From the IMG/VR virus record IMGVR_UViG_3300028887_000066, positions 96,001 through 160,000 of that record: a DNA stretch of 64,000 nucleotides. One strand, given 5' to 3'. Positions 1-10,514 of this stretch are shown in pieces. The notes under the pieces are model-generated. The model saw nothing but the letters and a program-made list of their open reading frames with translations. It did not search any database and was not told where the DNA came from. Each line of letters starts with the position of its first letter. Position 1 is the first letter of the stretch. The translations under genes were made by a program, and so were the position numbers. This stretch comes from a virus. Its lineage: Duplodnaviria; Heunggongvirae; Uroviricota; Caudoviricetes.

Positions 1-3000
1 ATACTGATAAGTCGTATCAAGGCTGTTTCCTGTCTCATTCTGTATATTTGAACCTTCGTAAGGCAAAAGCCTGTAACTGTTGGCAAATACGAAGTTATGG
101 TAATCACGGAAGTAGACTATTGACTTAACGTTACCAAGCTCATTATCGAAAGCTTCCTCTCCGTTATAGTCCCATGTCTCAATCTTACCCTCATCATCAG
201 TAGATGTAGTCACATCATCGCTAATCCAAGGAGCGTGACAAAGTGTAAGTGGGTTAGTCTGGTTAGAACCGCCAATCATCAACATATCCTTTGAACCTGA
301 CACGTTCTTGTCATAACCGTAAGTGAGTTTGTCACCCTTTGCAGCACCCCAAGTCATCAAACCGTAGAACTTGGTTTCACCGTTGTACTCAACGAAGAAA
401 AGGAATTCATCCTGCCTCAATGCCAAACGGCTAAGGTCGAAACGCTGTTCGTAGTATTGTGAACCCTCTACGTCTGAACCACCGAGTTTCTGAATCTCGC
501 TTCTGAAACCACGCTGTTTCCTGATGTCCTCATACATACGGAGAGAACCCTGCTTATGGCTCTGCATTGATGAAGCATAGTTAAGCTTACCTACAAGCTT
601 GCTTGCCCTTGGTGTGATAGCAACGATATTATCCTCATCGTCACGTGTCACATACTGCCAATAAGCGTGATTGCTGATAGTGTTGCCGTTAATGTCCTTA
701 TAAACGGTGTTGTCCTCGAATTTCCAAGTACAGTTCCATTTATAGTAAAGCTTTGAAGTAGAACCCTGACCCTTTGCACTCATGTTCTCAATGATACAAG
801 AGTTGTCGGTATCAACCTCGTAGTTACCATATTCATCCTTTGTATCCCTAAGGTAAGTCACGGTAAGAGTACCCTCACTTGCAGCCTTGTTCATATACTC
901 AGGATAACGTCCTGTAAACTTGATTGTACGGTACTTGTTCTTTGCCATATCATAGTTGATAGTACCGTCGGCATTGCATATGTTGTTAGCGTCCTTGTAT
1001 GCTTTCTTGTCGGCAAATGAAGGAAGTGAAGACATATAGTCCTGCTGGATCTCCTGTGTTGAAAGGGCCGCATCCTCATAGATTCTGATGCCGTAGATGT
1101 CAACATCTGCGAAGTCGGAACCGATGACTATATTCTCCATATTTGTGTTCATGGTATCATCCTCAGAGTATGTGAACTCACGGTTAATAGTACCATTGAC
1201 ATATGTTCTTATGAAGTTTGCGCGATAGTCCGTACCATTGATATTCAACGTATGCTGATACTTGACGTTCACTGTGAAGTGAGTCCTTGTATCTTCCTGA
1301 TACTCAGTATCCTGATTGAGCGTATCTGTCAAGTTGTTTGTGTATACGTAAGCAATGTTAGGATACATTATGAAGCCATAAGGCTGTGTCCTTGAAAGCT
1401 TTGTAGACATATTCACAACAGGCTCAGTATCATCGGATACGTTCCTGAACGCATAGTCAACCTCAATTGTAACGCCATAGTGAAGTGTATTGTGGTTAGA
1501 AGCCGTGTCAAACACCCTGTAAGGGATAGTCACCTTAGAACCTGCAAGCAAACGGAGACACTTGTTTCCGCTCTCATCAGTAGTCCAACCACCGTTAAGC
1601 CAGTCCATATTAGACCAATTTACACCACTGATAGTGCTACCGTTAAGTCCGTTATAGATTGTCTCCTTGTCAGAGCTTGAGTTAGACCTTGCCTTTGGAT
1701 CAAGGATGAAACCATTAGCCATTACAGTAGGAGCGAAATTCTCTGCTGTATTGACCATAATCTGCTGTTGTCCGATATGTGGGGTGTCGCTTGTAATGGT
1801 CTGACCATTATCAACATACACGCGAACATTTGACGTAACAGCCGTAGTAGCGGCATCGGTAATGTTAAACTCAATCTGAGTGGAAAGCATATGCTTTACC
1901 TTTGGAGTCACAGAAGCCTGTGAAACCTCCTCGTATATTGATGTAAAGTTATTGTTCCAGAACACAAACTTGAGGTTTGTTGAAGAAGCACCGCAGAATG
2001 CATATTCGAAAATGTCATTCATAGCCCAGTTGGAGATTGAGTTGTTCACATTGTTGATGACAAGCTCAATACCATTCTCCTCATCAGATACGAGGAATTG
2101 GAATGTCTTCACCTCACTCTTCACGGTATCGGTACATACCCAATACTGACCATTGTACAAACCCTCTCCAAGCTGTCCGATATTGATGGATGGTCTTACG
2201 TTACCGACAAGGTTTTCATACTTGTGTGTGTATACCTGATCACCAATGTCCAAATGGTCTGTCTGCTCTGTATATCCTGCACTCAATATCTTTACATAAA
2301 GAGTCTTTGAAATAGAACCTGTAGTGTCGAAGTTAAGGATGATGTCGCTACCCACGCTGAAAGGATTCTGATACTCTGTAGCAAAGTTAAGTCCGAAAGT
2401 TGACTGGTCGATAGTGAATGTGATCTGACGTGTCAACTGAGACTCACTACCACGCCATGCAAGACGGACTCTCACAACGGTATCCTTAGTAATGTAATCA
2501 CTTACGTCAATTGAGGTGTAGTTATTATCATCAGCTTCATTGTCAATAGATGACAAAGACATTGAACGCCTACGGGTGAATGAGTTACTTGTTCCTGCCG
2601 CCGTAGAGATTGTCAGAGTACCTGTCTCCTTCAACTGTGTGAGGCTGTCAGAACCTGCCCTCTTTACCTTAGAATTAGCGCGAACCCTAAGATAAACCTT
2701 ACTTGCTGTCGTGATAATTTCAAGATCGTCATCATCAGGCTTCTCAAGTGAAACTGAATACACATCAAGAGTCGCTGCACCTCCAGCAGGAAGTTTCACG
2801 CTGTCGATAACCAATTCTGAATATGTCTCCTTATCAGAAACCCACTTTTCGTAGTTTGCTAAAGAGTTGAACATATAAAGATATGGTTCCTCGTCGATCA
2901 TCTCAAGACTTGTGTATCCGACCTTACCCTTCAATTCAGCCCTGACGAATTTCTGCACGGCATCTCCACTAAAAGGAAGGTTTCCGTCTTTCGGATCCAT

Positions 3001-3057
3001 TCCCCAGTTGTCGTCCAACGAACTAATATCATTATCGCTGTATTTCTTTACTGCCAT
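1..3057 (-). CDS. Large virion/tail protein, partial (runs off window start), with a CotH-kinase-like region
   Basis: Missing from the ORF track because it is open at the window edge. ATG at 3057 (MAVKKYSDNDISSLDDNWG...). Distal motifs AKGQGSTSKLYYKWN, LVGKLNYASSMQSHKQG and EFLFFVEYNGETKFYGLMTWGAAKGDK resemble CotH-like domains in phage tail proteins. I did not check every codon for stops. Confidence 0.65.
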   Translation of the reverse strand, partial: MAVKKYSDNDISSLDDNWGMDPKDGNLPFSGDAVQKFVRAELKGKVGYTSLEMIDEEPYLYMFNSLANYEKWVSDKETYSELVIDSVKLPAGGAATLDVYSVSLEKPDDDDLEIITTASKVYLRVRANSKVKRAGSDSLTQLKETGTLTISTAAGTSNSFTRRRSMSLSSIDNEADDNNYTSIDVSDYITKDTVVRVRLAWRGSESQLTRQITFTIDQSTFGLNFATEYQNPFSVGSDIILNFDTTGSISKTLYVKILSAGYTEQTDHLDIGDQVYTHKYENLVGNVRPSINIGQLGEGLYNGQYWVCTDTVKSEVKTFQFLVSDEENGIELVINNVNNSISNWAMNDIFEYAFCGASSTNLKFVFWNNNFTSIYEEVSQASVTPKVKHMLSTQIEFNITDAATTAVTSNVRVYVDNGQTITSDTPHIGQQQIMVNTAENFAPTVMANGFILDPKARSNSSSDKETIYNGLNGSTISGVNWSNMDWLNGGWTTDESGNKCLRLLAGSKVTIPYRVFDTASNHNTLHYGVTIEVDYAFRNVSDDTEPVVNMSTKLSRTQPYGFIMYPNIAYVYTNNLTDTLNQDTEYQEDTRTHFTVNVKYQHTLNINGTDYRANFIRTYVNGTINREFTYSEDDTMNTNMENIVIGSDFADVDIYGIRIYEDAALSTQEIQQDYMSSLPSFADKKAYKDANNICNADGTINYDMAKNKYRTIKFTGRYPEYMNKAASEGTLTVTYLRDTKDEYGNYEVDTDNSCIIENMSAKGQGSTSKLYYKWNCTWKFEDNTVYKDINGNTISNHAYWQYVTRDDEDNIVAITPRASKLVGKLNYASSMQSHKQGSLRMYEDIRKQRGFRSEIQKLGGSDVEGSQYYEQRFDLSRLALRQDEFLFFVEYNGETKFYGLMTWGAAKGDKLTYGYDKNVSGSKDMLMIGGSNQTNPLTLCHAPWISDDVTTSTDDEGKIETWDYNGEEAFDNELGNVKSIVYFRDYHNFVFANSYRLLPYEGSNIQNETGNSLDTTYQY

Positions 3058-3085
3058 AATTTTTTATCTTTTTATTATTGTTATT

Positions 3086-3256
3086 TCAATTTTTCCAAGC
3101 ATCAGTATTCTTCCAAGGATAATTATTGATCCAATAACCCGCTCCAAAACAAGAACTGATGGATTCCCAAATAAGCTTTCCGCCCTTGTAGACTGCCATA
3201 ATCACGGCCTGACCGATCCTGATGGCACTAACGTCCTTTGAACCAATTTTTATCAT
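3086..3256 (-). CDS. Small 56-aa tail-associated protein (MIKIGSKDVSAIRIG...CFGAGYWINNYPWKNTDAWKN)
   Basis: Translated by hand (below track cutoff); fills the gap between co-oriented genes. Confidence 0.7.
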   Translation of the reverse strand: MIKIGSKDVSAIRIGQAVIMAVYKGGKLIWESISSCFGAGYWINNYPWKNTDAWKN

Positions 3257-3289
3257 AGTCCTACTTGAATGTTATTTCTCTTCTTTTTC

Positions 3290-3754
3290 TTATTCCTCCG
3301 TGAGGAAGTAAAGTGTATCATTATCCTTAACGACCAACGCCTGATATTCTTCCTCCGTCATCACTTCATGCAGCTTGTAGTCTCCTACCTGACCTTCCAA
3401 TGTCCTGATTCTGTCTCCTGCTGCCTTTGCGTCTGCTGAACGTCCTGTAACGGTAAGTGCGCTGTCAACTGCCATGTACTTGAGGGCATCATCGACATTC
3501 GATGCACGGTTAAACATCATTGCCTTGGTTTCCTCACTGAGCAAAACCATACGGGCATTGGTAACGGCACTTACTGCAATGTCACCTTCCGTAATGGCAC
3601 TGAATGTATTGTAAAGCGACTCTTCCGCCTGTTGTGCGCGTACTATCTCGTTAGCCAATTCATCAGATATTGTACTTGTCTGTCCGCTGATGTATGACTT
3701 GAGCCTTACATCATATGCTGTCAAACCACTGAGGTCTAAAAACTTTTTTGACAT
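3290..3754 (-). CDS. Tail fibre-associated protein
   Basis: N-terminal KKFLDLSGL shared with the 770-aa fibre; C-terminal MTEEEYQALVVKDNDTLYF motif typical of phage tail/upper-fibre modules. Confidence 0.6.
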   Translation of the reverse strand: MSKKFLDLSGLTAYDVRLKSYISGQTSTISDELANEIVRAQQAEESLYNTFSAITEGDIAVSAVTNARMVLLSEETKAMMFNRASNVDDALKYMAVDSALTVTGRSADAKAAGDRIRTLEGQVGDYKLHEVMTEEEYQALVVKDNDTLYFLTEE

Positions 3755-4114
3755 TATCTCTATTTGTTATAACGATTTTATTGTTAAATCCGATTTTTCC
3801 AATGGCTTTATTCATTAATAATATAGGTTTCGGAATTGGAAAAATGAACAGTTAATTTAAAAATAAATATGGCGAAATGGAAAATGGAAACACGTTTTGA
3901 ATGTATATTTTCCATTCCACCATCTATTCATTGTCTAATGCCTTCTAACCGCATATTAATCCATATCACATCAGCCAAAAATATTCACGTATTACGATAA
4001 TGATTCTACCACAAAGGAAATGAGCTTTGTTTACTCATTATTGACGTTTCAACAGAGAATGACATTGTTTGAAAGCCAATGTGCCTATGTCAAAAAACTA
4101 TTCAGTCAATGGTC

Positions 4115-4300
4115 TTAATCGTTAATCAGTCTCCTGATGTCCTCCTGATCTATAGGTTCCGTACCTGTCTGTACGGCTGTCTCTATATTCTCAAGTCTTG
4201 TGGTAAGTATTGTATTTGTCTTAGTGTCTATTATGGCATCTGTGATAGTCATTGGATATGTCAATTCGCTATTAAAGAATATTCTCTTAATCTTTGCCAT
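4115..4300 (-). CDS. Small tail fibre-associated protein
   Basis: 61-aa ORF with YPMTITDAI motif, directly downstream of the fibre gene. Confidence 0.55.
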   Translation of the reverse strand: MAKIKRIFFNSELTYPMTITDAIIDTKTNTILTTRLENIETAVQTGTEPIDQEDIRRLIND

Positions 4301-4317
4301 AATAAATTATCGTATTT

Positions 4318-6630
4318 TTACTCGCCTGATCCGCTATTATCAAGTGGATAATTATTGAACAATGCTGTAATTTCGTCGTCCGTGATTGCTACGAAACTGT
4401 CATCAAGAGCGTCAATCTGTACGTCTGTGTAATTCTTTGCATATTGAACAACTGTACTTGCGCTGTATGTAGTAGATGCATCAGCAGGAAGTTCGCCAAC
4501 AAGTGTGGCAGAAGCAATGTCATTCTCAGCAATTGTTACTTTCTTATATGTAGTACCTCCTGTTGTATCAGCAGAATCAACAACCGTAACAGTAACGTGT
4601 CCAGTATCCTTAGGTTCAACCTTTGTATGAGCGGCAGCGGCTTTAGCATCAAGGTCTTCAATATCCTTTTTCAAAGACCATAAAGTAGGAGTTGCTTGGT
4701 CTGAATCGCCCGTTTGTTTTGTACCACGAACACGCTCCCAAGTACCTTGTATTTTACCATAGACAGTATTTCCTGAATTAGCGGCTGTGTCGTTCTTTGG
4801 GCCAATAACTGTATCAAGAGCCTCGATAGCTTTTGCAATTGAAGTAACGGTACTTGCACTTACATAGTTTCCTGTCAAAGCAGAATAAGTACCATCAGCT
4901 TTCAAACCAACAGCACCTTCAATGTTATTGAATTCTGTTGTAGTTGCACTATCAGAAGCTACATCAACGGTTTCAATAGTGTAGGTTGTTGCACTTGTGG
5001 AATTATCAGTTGTTGCGGAAAGACTAAGATGCGCCTCACCATCTTTCTTTGCGACCACAGTAGTAGCAGCGGCAGCAGCGGCTTCAATCTTATTCTTCAG
5101 TCCATTAAGGGTAAGCGAATCAACACTGTCTGATGAATCACCCGTAATCTTGTTATCAAGATTAGTTATTGCGGTGGCAACTTTTTGATCAACAGAACCC
5201 GAAGTAGCAGAATCAGCATTCAACAATGTAATTGCATCCTCATTGACTTTAATTGCGGCATCTAATTTAACGTCTGCATTGTTCAAAGAAGTCGCATCAC
5301 TAATATAGTTAGCACTAGTATTTGCAGCGTATGTCTGACCATCCTGACCATCAACAGCCTTACGTGCCGCAATTTCAGCATCGAGTGCATTCTTACTTGC
5401 AACATCAGTCAGATTAATGGTGTATATTTTGTGTCCATCTGCACCTGCTGTCTCAGCGATAGACATATTGTTACCTGCATCAGTACCTTCAGTAACAACG
5501 GTAGTAGCAGAAGCTTTTGCGTTAATAACCTGATTCTCAAGCTTTGAAATTGCCTGATTAAGAGTATCAGTAGCCGCAACAGCAGCACCATCAGTACCCT
5601 TTGAATAGTTATTCAAAACGGCTTCAGAAACATTTGCACGAGTTTTAACACCAACAATACCATTTTCTTCTTCAATTGCGGCAACATACTGTCCTGCAAC
5701 TGCTGCGTCACTTGTAAGGTCAAGGGCATTGATTTTACGTTCAATTTCATTCTTGATACCGTTAAGTTTGAAACCAGCAGCACCGACAGTTAAAAATGCA
5801 GCAGGAGTTCCCTGACTATCTGTTTCAGAAGCTGGGTCAACAACACCGTGTGCAATATGATTTGTAACAGTTATACCACTTGCAAACTCAGCCTCAAGAA
5901 CCAATGCCGATATGTCAACATATTCTGTTTGAGATACGCCAGAAGCATCAATATATACATATTCCAGATTTTGATAATGAGTATCTGCTGAATCTGAAAT
6001 ATAAGTAATACTAACTAATGAGGAATCTTTATAAATCTTAATGGAGCTTCCCAATTGAGTAGTACCATCACTTGCAATAAGAGCATACTCTTCTTTAACC
6101 GTGGTACTTGATGGCGTAATTGCGCTAAGTTTAATGTCGGTATAAATACCGTTATCGGCATCAAGATTAATTACTTTCTCGCCATTCTTGATATTAACTT
6201 TAACAGTCGTCTTACCACCAGCAGTACCAATAACTACTGATTTATCGGCAGCAGCAAGTTCCTGTGCAGAAGCTTTAGCAGCCAAAGCTTTCAAAGCCTC
6301 ATCAACTGTTGTAGCAGCGGATAATGGGCCAGTTTCTCCTGCGCCTTTGGTGTATGTAATATCAGTACCGTCAAGAATCGCCGCATCTAAGCTTACAATT
6401 TTACCATTTTCCTGTTCCAAACCTGAAACAACTTGCTGTTTCCCGCCTGATTTTTCTAAGGTTTGATCAAAATCCAGAGCGTTTATTTCAGCCTTAGTAG
6501 CATAAGTGGTAGTAATGGCACTACCATTGGCATCTGCGGTTGCTCTACCTGATATAAGAGTTCCATCTTTAATACCATTAACAAGGGTTGTCAAACCCGA
6601 AAGGTCAAGATATTTTTTTGTATCTGCCAT
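4318..6630 (-). CDS. Tail fibre / fibrous virion protein (770 aa)
   Basis: Ala/Thr/Asp-rich with repeated coiled-coil and beta segments (AAAATTVV, KASATTVV, AAAAHTKV repeats). Confidence 0.65.
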   Translation of the reverse strand: MADTKKYLDLSGLTTLVNGIKDGTLISGRATADANGSAITTTYATKAEINALDFDQTLEKSGGKQQVVSGLEQENGKIVSLDAAILDGTDITYTKGAGETGPLSAATTVDEALKALAAKASAQELAAADKSVVIGTAGGKTTVKVNIKNGEKVINLDADNGIYTDIKLSAITPSSTTVKEEYALIASDGTTQLGSSIKIYKDSSLVSITYISDSADTHYQNLEYVYIDASGVSQTEYVDISALVLEAEFASGITVTNHIAHGVVDPASETDSQGTPAAFLTVGAAGFKLNGIKNEIERKINALDLTSDAAVAGQYVAAIEEENGIVGVKTRANVSEAVLNNYSKGTDGAAVAATDTLNQAISKLENQVINAKASATTVVTEGTDAGNNMSIAETAGADGHKIYTINLTDVASKNALDAEIAARKAVDGQDGQTYAANTSANYISDATSLNNADVKLDAAIKVNEDAITLLNADSATSGSVDQKVATAITNLDNKITGDSSDSVDSLTLNGLKNKIEAAAAAATTVVAKKDGEAHLSLSATTDNSTSATTYTIETVDVASDSATTTEFNNIEGAVGLKADGTYSALTGNYVSASTVTSIAKAIEALDTVIGPKNDTAANSGNTVYGKIQGTWERVRGTKQTGDSDQATPTLWSLKKDIEDLDAKAAAAHTKVEPKDTGHVTVTVVDSADTTGGTTYKKVTIAENDIASATLVGELPADASTTYSASTVVQYAKNYTDVQIDALDDSFVAITDDEITALFNNYPLDNSGSGE

Positions 6631-6656
6631 ATTTTATTTCTGTATTTATTAAATGA

Positions 6657-7013
6657 TTATATTCCGTTTAGTGTGCCTGACACATGTTCCCCGTCCTGAT
6701 CCGTAAGCATATCGCCATTGACATCATCCTCGTTCATAGTGTCATCAATTATAACAGTTCCCCCGCTTATGTTGTAGTTAGGGTATTCTTTGTAATCGAT
6801 AGGGTCTTCAGGATCCGTTCCTGGAACCGTATCCCAATAGTCGATACTTGAATTTCCGCTGTAACTTCTTATTATCTTCATATATTCCTGTATATCCAAT
6901 CCATTGTAGTCCTCGAATACACCGAAATTGTAGTATGTGGTGGCCGAATCAACCGCCACGTAAGAAGCACCCTGACAAACATCAGCTAATTCGTTTTGTG
7001 TATATGTCGGCAT
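6657..7013 (-). CDS. Hypothetical acidic protein
   Basis: ORF in the late minus-strand operon. Confidence 0.6.
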   Translation of the reverse strand: MPTYTQNELADVCQGASYVAVDSATTYYNFGVFEDYNGLDIQEYMKIIRSYSGNSSIDYWDTVPGTDPEDPIDYKEYPNYNISGGTVIIDDTMNEDDVNGDMLTDQDGEHVSGTLNGI

Positions 7014-7048
7014 ATTTTCGTCCTCCCATTATTTCCATTTACTTGCCG

Positions 7049-7315
7049 TTATGATTTTGCGGGGAAAAGCTTGCCTATCTCATACTCCTCGATGGATGAA
7101 ATGTTACTAAGGTCTGTATTAAGCTCGTTCCTCAGTTCCTCTATGCCCGTCTTGAAGTTGCTGGCATTCTCCGTAGTCTTCTCCTTCACCCCGCTTGTCA
7201 CAGCAAGCAAGACATCCTGAAGGGCCTGACCTGTAATCTCCTTCTTGCCGTTGCTCGTGATTCTCTCACGTATCATTACTTCGGCTTGGTCTATTGTAGT
7301 AGATGTATTTGCCAT
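7049..7315 (-). CDS. Hypothetical virion protein (ITSNGKKEITGQALQDVLL motif)
   Basis: ORF with a late promoter motif upstream (about 7376). Confidence 0.6.
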   Translation of the reverse strand: MANTSTTIDQAEVMIRERITSNGKKEITGQALQDVLLAVTSGVKEKTTENASNFKTGIEELRNELNTDLSNISSIEEYEIGKLFPAKS

Positions 7316-7411
7316 AAATAATCTGAAACTATTTTGAATTATTATTTTACCTCTATAAGACGAGGCATTTTATATTATAAATATAAATGAAGAATGAAAA
7401 ATGCAACCGCA

Positions 7412-7507
7412 TTATTTATTTTTCATCGTAGCCTGCTCATTTATAATCCTGATAATCGCATTACGCAGGCACTCCTTCAATTCCTTCTTAGTGATTTTCG
7501 CCTTCAT
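7412..7507 (-). CDS. 31-aa peptide consisting almost only of the putative head-targeting helix (MKAKITKKELKECLRNAIIRIINEQATMKNK)
   Basis: Translated by hand; resembles a motif shared by about 10 other ORFs. Confidence 0.5.
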   Translation of the reverse strand: MKAKITKKELKECLRNAIIRIINEQATMKNK

Positions 7508-7537
7508 TTTTCCTTACAAATTTCATTAAACCAATTA

Positions 7538-8440
7538 TCAGGACAGTGTTTCACGAAGCTCTGAAAGTTTCAGCAGGTCTTCGTTCACCGTTTCCTCATT
7601 ATATTCTTTGGCATTCAGCCTTGTCTTCATCTCGTTGAGCCTTGATGCTTTCTCGGTGTCCAAATTCTCTATCCCTTCATCGATTGTGGAAATGCATTTT
7701 TCCTTATATTCCTCAAACAATTCCTTTTTATCCTTTCCCGTAATCTGTAACATTGCGATGTCCTTGACAACCCTGCTTTCCCAAGGTTCCATTCCTTCCC
7801 CGATAATATGGTCAAGTTCATTAACAAGGTCATTCACTGTCTTCGATTCATCTATGGTTTTTCTTTCGCATTTCTCCGTGCTGAGATGCCCTATGATATT
7901 TCCCATTGCACCGACATATTCATTCAGGTTCTTGAATGACTTGTCGTTGTTCATAATATAGTCTATGGACTCATTCAGGCTTCCCTTGTACCCATTAATA
8001 AGACCATTGACATCATCTGAAGTGACGTTTGCCTCTGTTACGCATTCTTTCACTATACCTCTAAGCTTCTCAAGGCTCTCCTCATATTTCACCATATCAT
8101 TCGGTTTACTTAATGAGATTGATTCCTGCAAGAACAATGACGGGTTTTCCAAACCTGTACTCCTTTTCAGTGTACTATAGAGCTTATACACATTCTTTAA
8201 ATCCTTGTTCTCCTTTATTGTCTTTACGAAGTTCTTAATAAGGGGTTTACCTTTTTTCGTCTCATAAAGCTTATCGGACACTTCCTCAAAGATACTGGTA
8301 ACAGCAAGGAATGGCATTTTGTCAATCGAAGACACGGACTCGTTAAGGCGTATGCCGTTGATTTTCTTATCAATGACATCGCTCAATGATTCCTTGAATT
8401 TCAAGAGATTGTCTATTTTTCCTAAATCAAAATCTTTCAT
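7538..8440 (-). CDS. Putative prohead core/assembly protein
   Basis: Helical, with many LNE/LQE/IDE putative protease sites; immediately downstream of portal. Confidence 0.55.
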   Translation of the reverse strand: MKDFDLGKIDNLLKFKESLSDVIDKKINGIRLNESVSSIDKMPFLAVTSIFEEVSDKLYETKKGKPLIKNFVKTIKENKDLKNVYKLYSTLKRSTGLENPSLFLQESISLSKPNDMVKYEESLEKLRGIVKECVTEANVTSDDVNGLINGYKGSLNESIDYIMNNDKSFKNLNEYVGAMGNIIGHLSTEKCERKTIDESKTVNDLVNELDHIIGEGMEPWESRVVKDIAMLQITGKDKKELFEEYKEKCISTIDEGIENLDTEKASRLNEMKTRLNAKEYNEETVNEDLLKLSELRETLS

Positions 8441-8458
8441 TTCAATATGCCGTTCTAT

Positions 8459-10402
8459 TTAATCATTTATTTTATTCTTAATTCCTGATATATCAGTCAG
8501 TGTTGCGGTTATTTCCTCATTGATTAACAGGTTTTTGTCTAAAATCGTGGGTCGGCTGTTTTTTCTGTCATCATCCTTGTTTATGAATGAAATATAGTCA
8601 TTGATTTTCTCCATCAACGCCTGACCGTTTCCCATAGACTGCAAATCCTGACCGCCTTCTTCACCGCCTATTTCACCTTCTTCCTCGGCTCCAGGCTCCC
8701 CTAAATCACCTAATTCATCACCGAAATCGGGGCCTCCGCCAAGTCCTCCTATTGGGCCGCCGCCTCCGCCGCCCATCATTCCGCCTTGCTGATCTTGCAT
8801 CATCGGCTGTTTGGAATATTCTGCTCCAGGCTCACCGTATATTCTATCAACTTGCTTGAACAAATTTGTTTTCTTGATTATCTCAGGTGTTCTCTGCAAT
8901 TCGATGGCAATAGCCACCTCAAGGCGTATTTCATTAAGCATATCTGATATTTCGGCATCAGTCAGTCCCATTATCTCCTTTTGTACCCTGTGCCAAGACA
9001 TAAGCGGAATGCCTCCACCCTGCTCTGCCAATGCGCTTGATGCATTCTGCAATCTCTTAGCCTGATTATCCAACTCCATCGTCTCCAACTGATTTGATGG
9101 ATTGTTCATTGACAACGTAAAGTTAGTAAGGTCGTCTTCAAAACCAAGCAGATACAAATGCAATATGGCAATCTTGGTAAGCTCCATGAGAAGAGATTGC
9201 TGTATACTGTTAACTGCCCTGTTGAAACGTATGTCCATCAATGAAAGATTCTGCCCTTTACCTTGCGCCTCCTGATAGTTAAGGAAAGTCTTAGGCACTC
9301 TTAACGCGGCAAAAATCTTGTTCTGCATATATTCAATATCATCCATTGATGTGACGTTTTGAGCCGCCTGCAATGTCTCAATGGTAGTAGGATCCTGACC
9401 GCTTCTTACAGGAATAACGTAGTCCGCGCTTACGTCCAAGAAATTTTTCCTTAAATCAATCTGTCCTGTTTGGGGGTCGATTATCGGCGCACGCTTTACA
9501 TTGTTCATGAAGTCCTGTAAGAACTGAGGGACATCAACATCGTCAATTAGACCGACATTTACCTTGAATATTCTTCTTTCGATACTACGTTCCAAACGAT
9601 AGAGAAGCATTCCGTCCTCCATCATTGACAGCATCCTCCAATGTCTTCTTGCCTTGTTTAAGATGGAAACACCATAAGGAAGCAGCAATGAGTCCTTTAT
9701 AAGCCTAAAATGGGCAATTTGCCACATTTTATATGGCGTGTTGTCACTATGCCCCTCCCATACAAATTTCACCTCATCAGGCTTCAGGTTAGTAGCCGTA
9801 GCTGAATATGTTCCAGTATATGCGTTAAGCATACCATTCTCGACCCTCCTTATTTCGTGAACGGGTAATTCCCTCCATCCCATTACACCATTGTCCTGAT
9901 CGATGTTAAGGAACATGAACTCATTTCCGTACTTGCACAATGACCTTGTTATCATCGGAAGCATTACATGCATGTCCAACCTATTTTCAAACAAGTCCTC
10001 AAGCACAGATACTATCCTTGGCGACTTTGAATTGACGGAAACCATTTTCAGGGTTTTCGGACTTATCGTACAGGCTTCTTCTGCATATATGTCAAGTGCT
10101 GCGCCTATTTCTGGCCACATGTCCATTAAGTCTGCATCGCGGTACATCAGCCTTACTTGTGTTGCGCCCATCATCTGTTCCATTGATGTGTCGTAACCCG
10201 TCTTAGCCCATTGGTATGAAAGCAGCTTTTGTTGCTTCATCTGCCTCAATTTGGTATCGCGCTCCTCTTTATTGGCAAATGAATACAATACGTTATCTGA
10301 CGGCATCATTGTATAATTCGATACCGTCTTCCCTCGATTGGTATTTCCCGTACCAATCATTATATTTGTTAGTTTTTGAAAAACTGTCTTGTTATTAGCC
10401 AT
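8459..10402 (-). CDS. Portal protein (T4 gp20-like)
   Basis: Motifs LLPYGVSILNKARRHWRMLSMMEDGMLLYRLERSIERRIFKVNVG and DIEYMQNKIFAALRVPKTFL. Confidence 0.93.
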   Translation of the reverse strand: MANNKTVFQKLTNIMIGTGNTNRGKTVSNYTMMPSDNVLYSFANKEERDTKLRQMKQQKLLSYQWAKTGYDTSMEQMMGATQVRLMYRDADLMDMWPEIGAALDIYAEEACTISPKTLKMVSVNSKSPRIVSVLEDLFENRLDMHVMLPMITRSLCKYGNEFMFLNIDQDNGVMGWRELPVHEIRRVENGMLNAYTGTYSATATNLKPDEVKFVWEGHSDNTPYKMWQIAHFRLIKDSLLLPYGVSILNKARRHWRMLSMMEDGMLLYRLERSIERRIFKVNVGLIDDVDVPQFLQDFMNNVKRAPIIDPQTGQIDLRKNFLDVSADYVIPVRSGQDPTTIETLQAAQNVTSMDDIEYMQNKIFAALRVPKTFLNYQEAQGKGQNLSLMDIRFNRAVNSIQQSLLMELTKIAILHLYLLGFEDDLTNFTLSMNNPSNQLETMELDNQAKRLQNASSALAEQGGGIPLMSWHRVQKEIMGLTDAEISDMLNEIRLEVAIAIELQRTPEIIKKTNLFKQVDRIYGEPGAEYSKQPMMQDQQGGMMGGGGGGPIGGLGGGPDFGDELGDLGEPGAEEEGEIGGEEGGQDLQSMGNGQALMEKINDYISFINKDDDRKNSRPTILDKNLLINEEITATLTDISGIKNKIND

Positions 10403-10514
10403 GAAAGCCACTTATTTACTATAAATACTTATTGTTAGTAAAAAAATAACCGCATATACGGCATTATCAACAAAAAACCGACAGGCTTGAAATTTACCTG
10501 TCGGTTATGTATCA

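Noticed and set aside
891-3241. Short ORFs listed in the track at 891-3241
   Set aside because: They are shadows of the long minus-strand ORF 1-3057 and the 56-aa ORF.
4318-6630. Diversity-generating retroelement target in the fibre gene
   Set aside because: No template/variable repeat pair noticed and no reverse transcriptase in the window.
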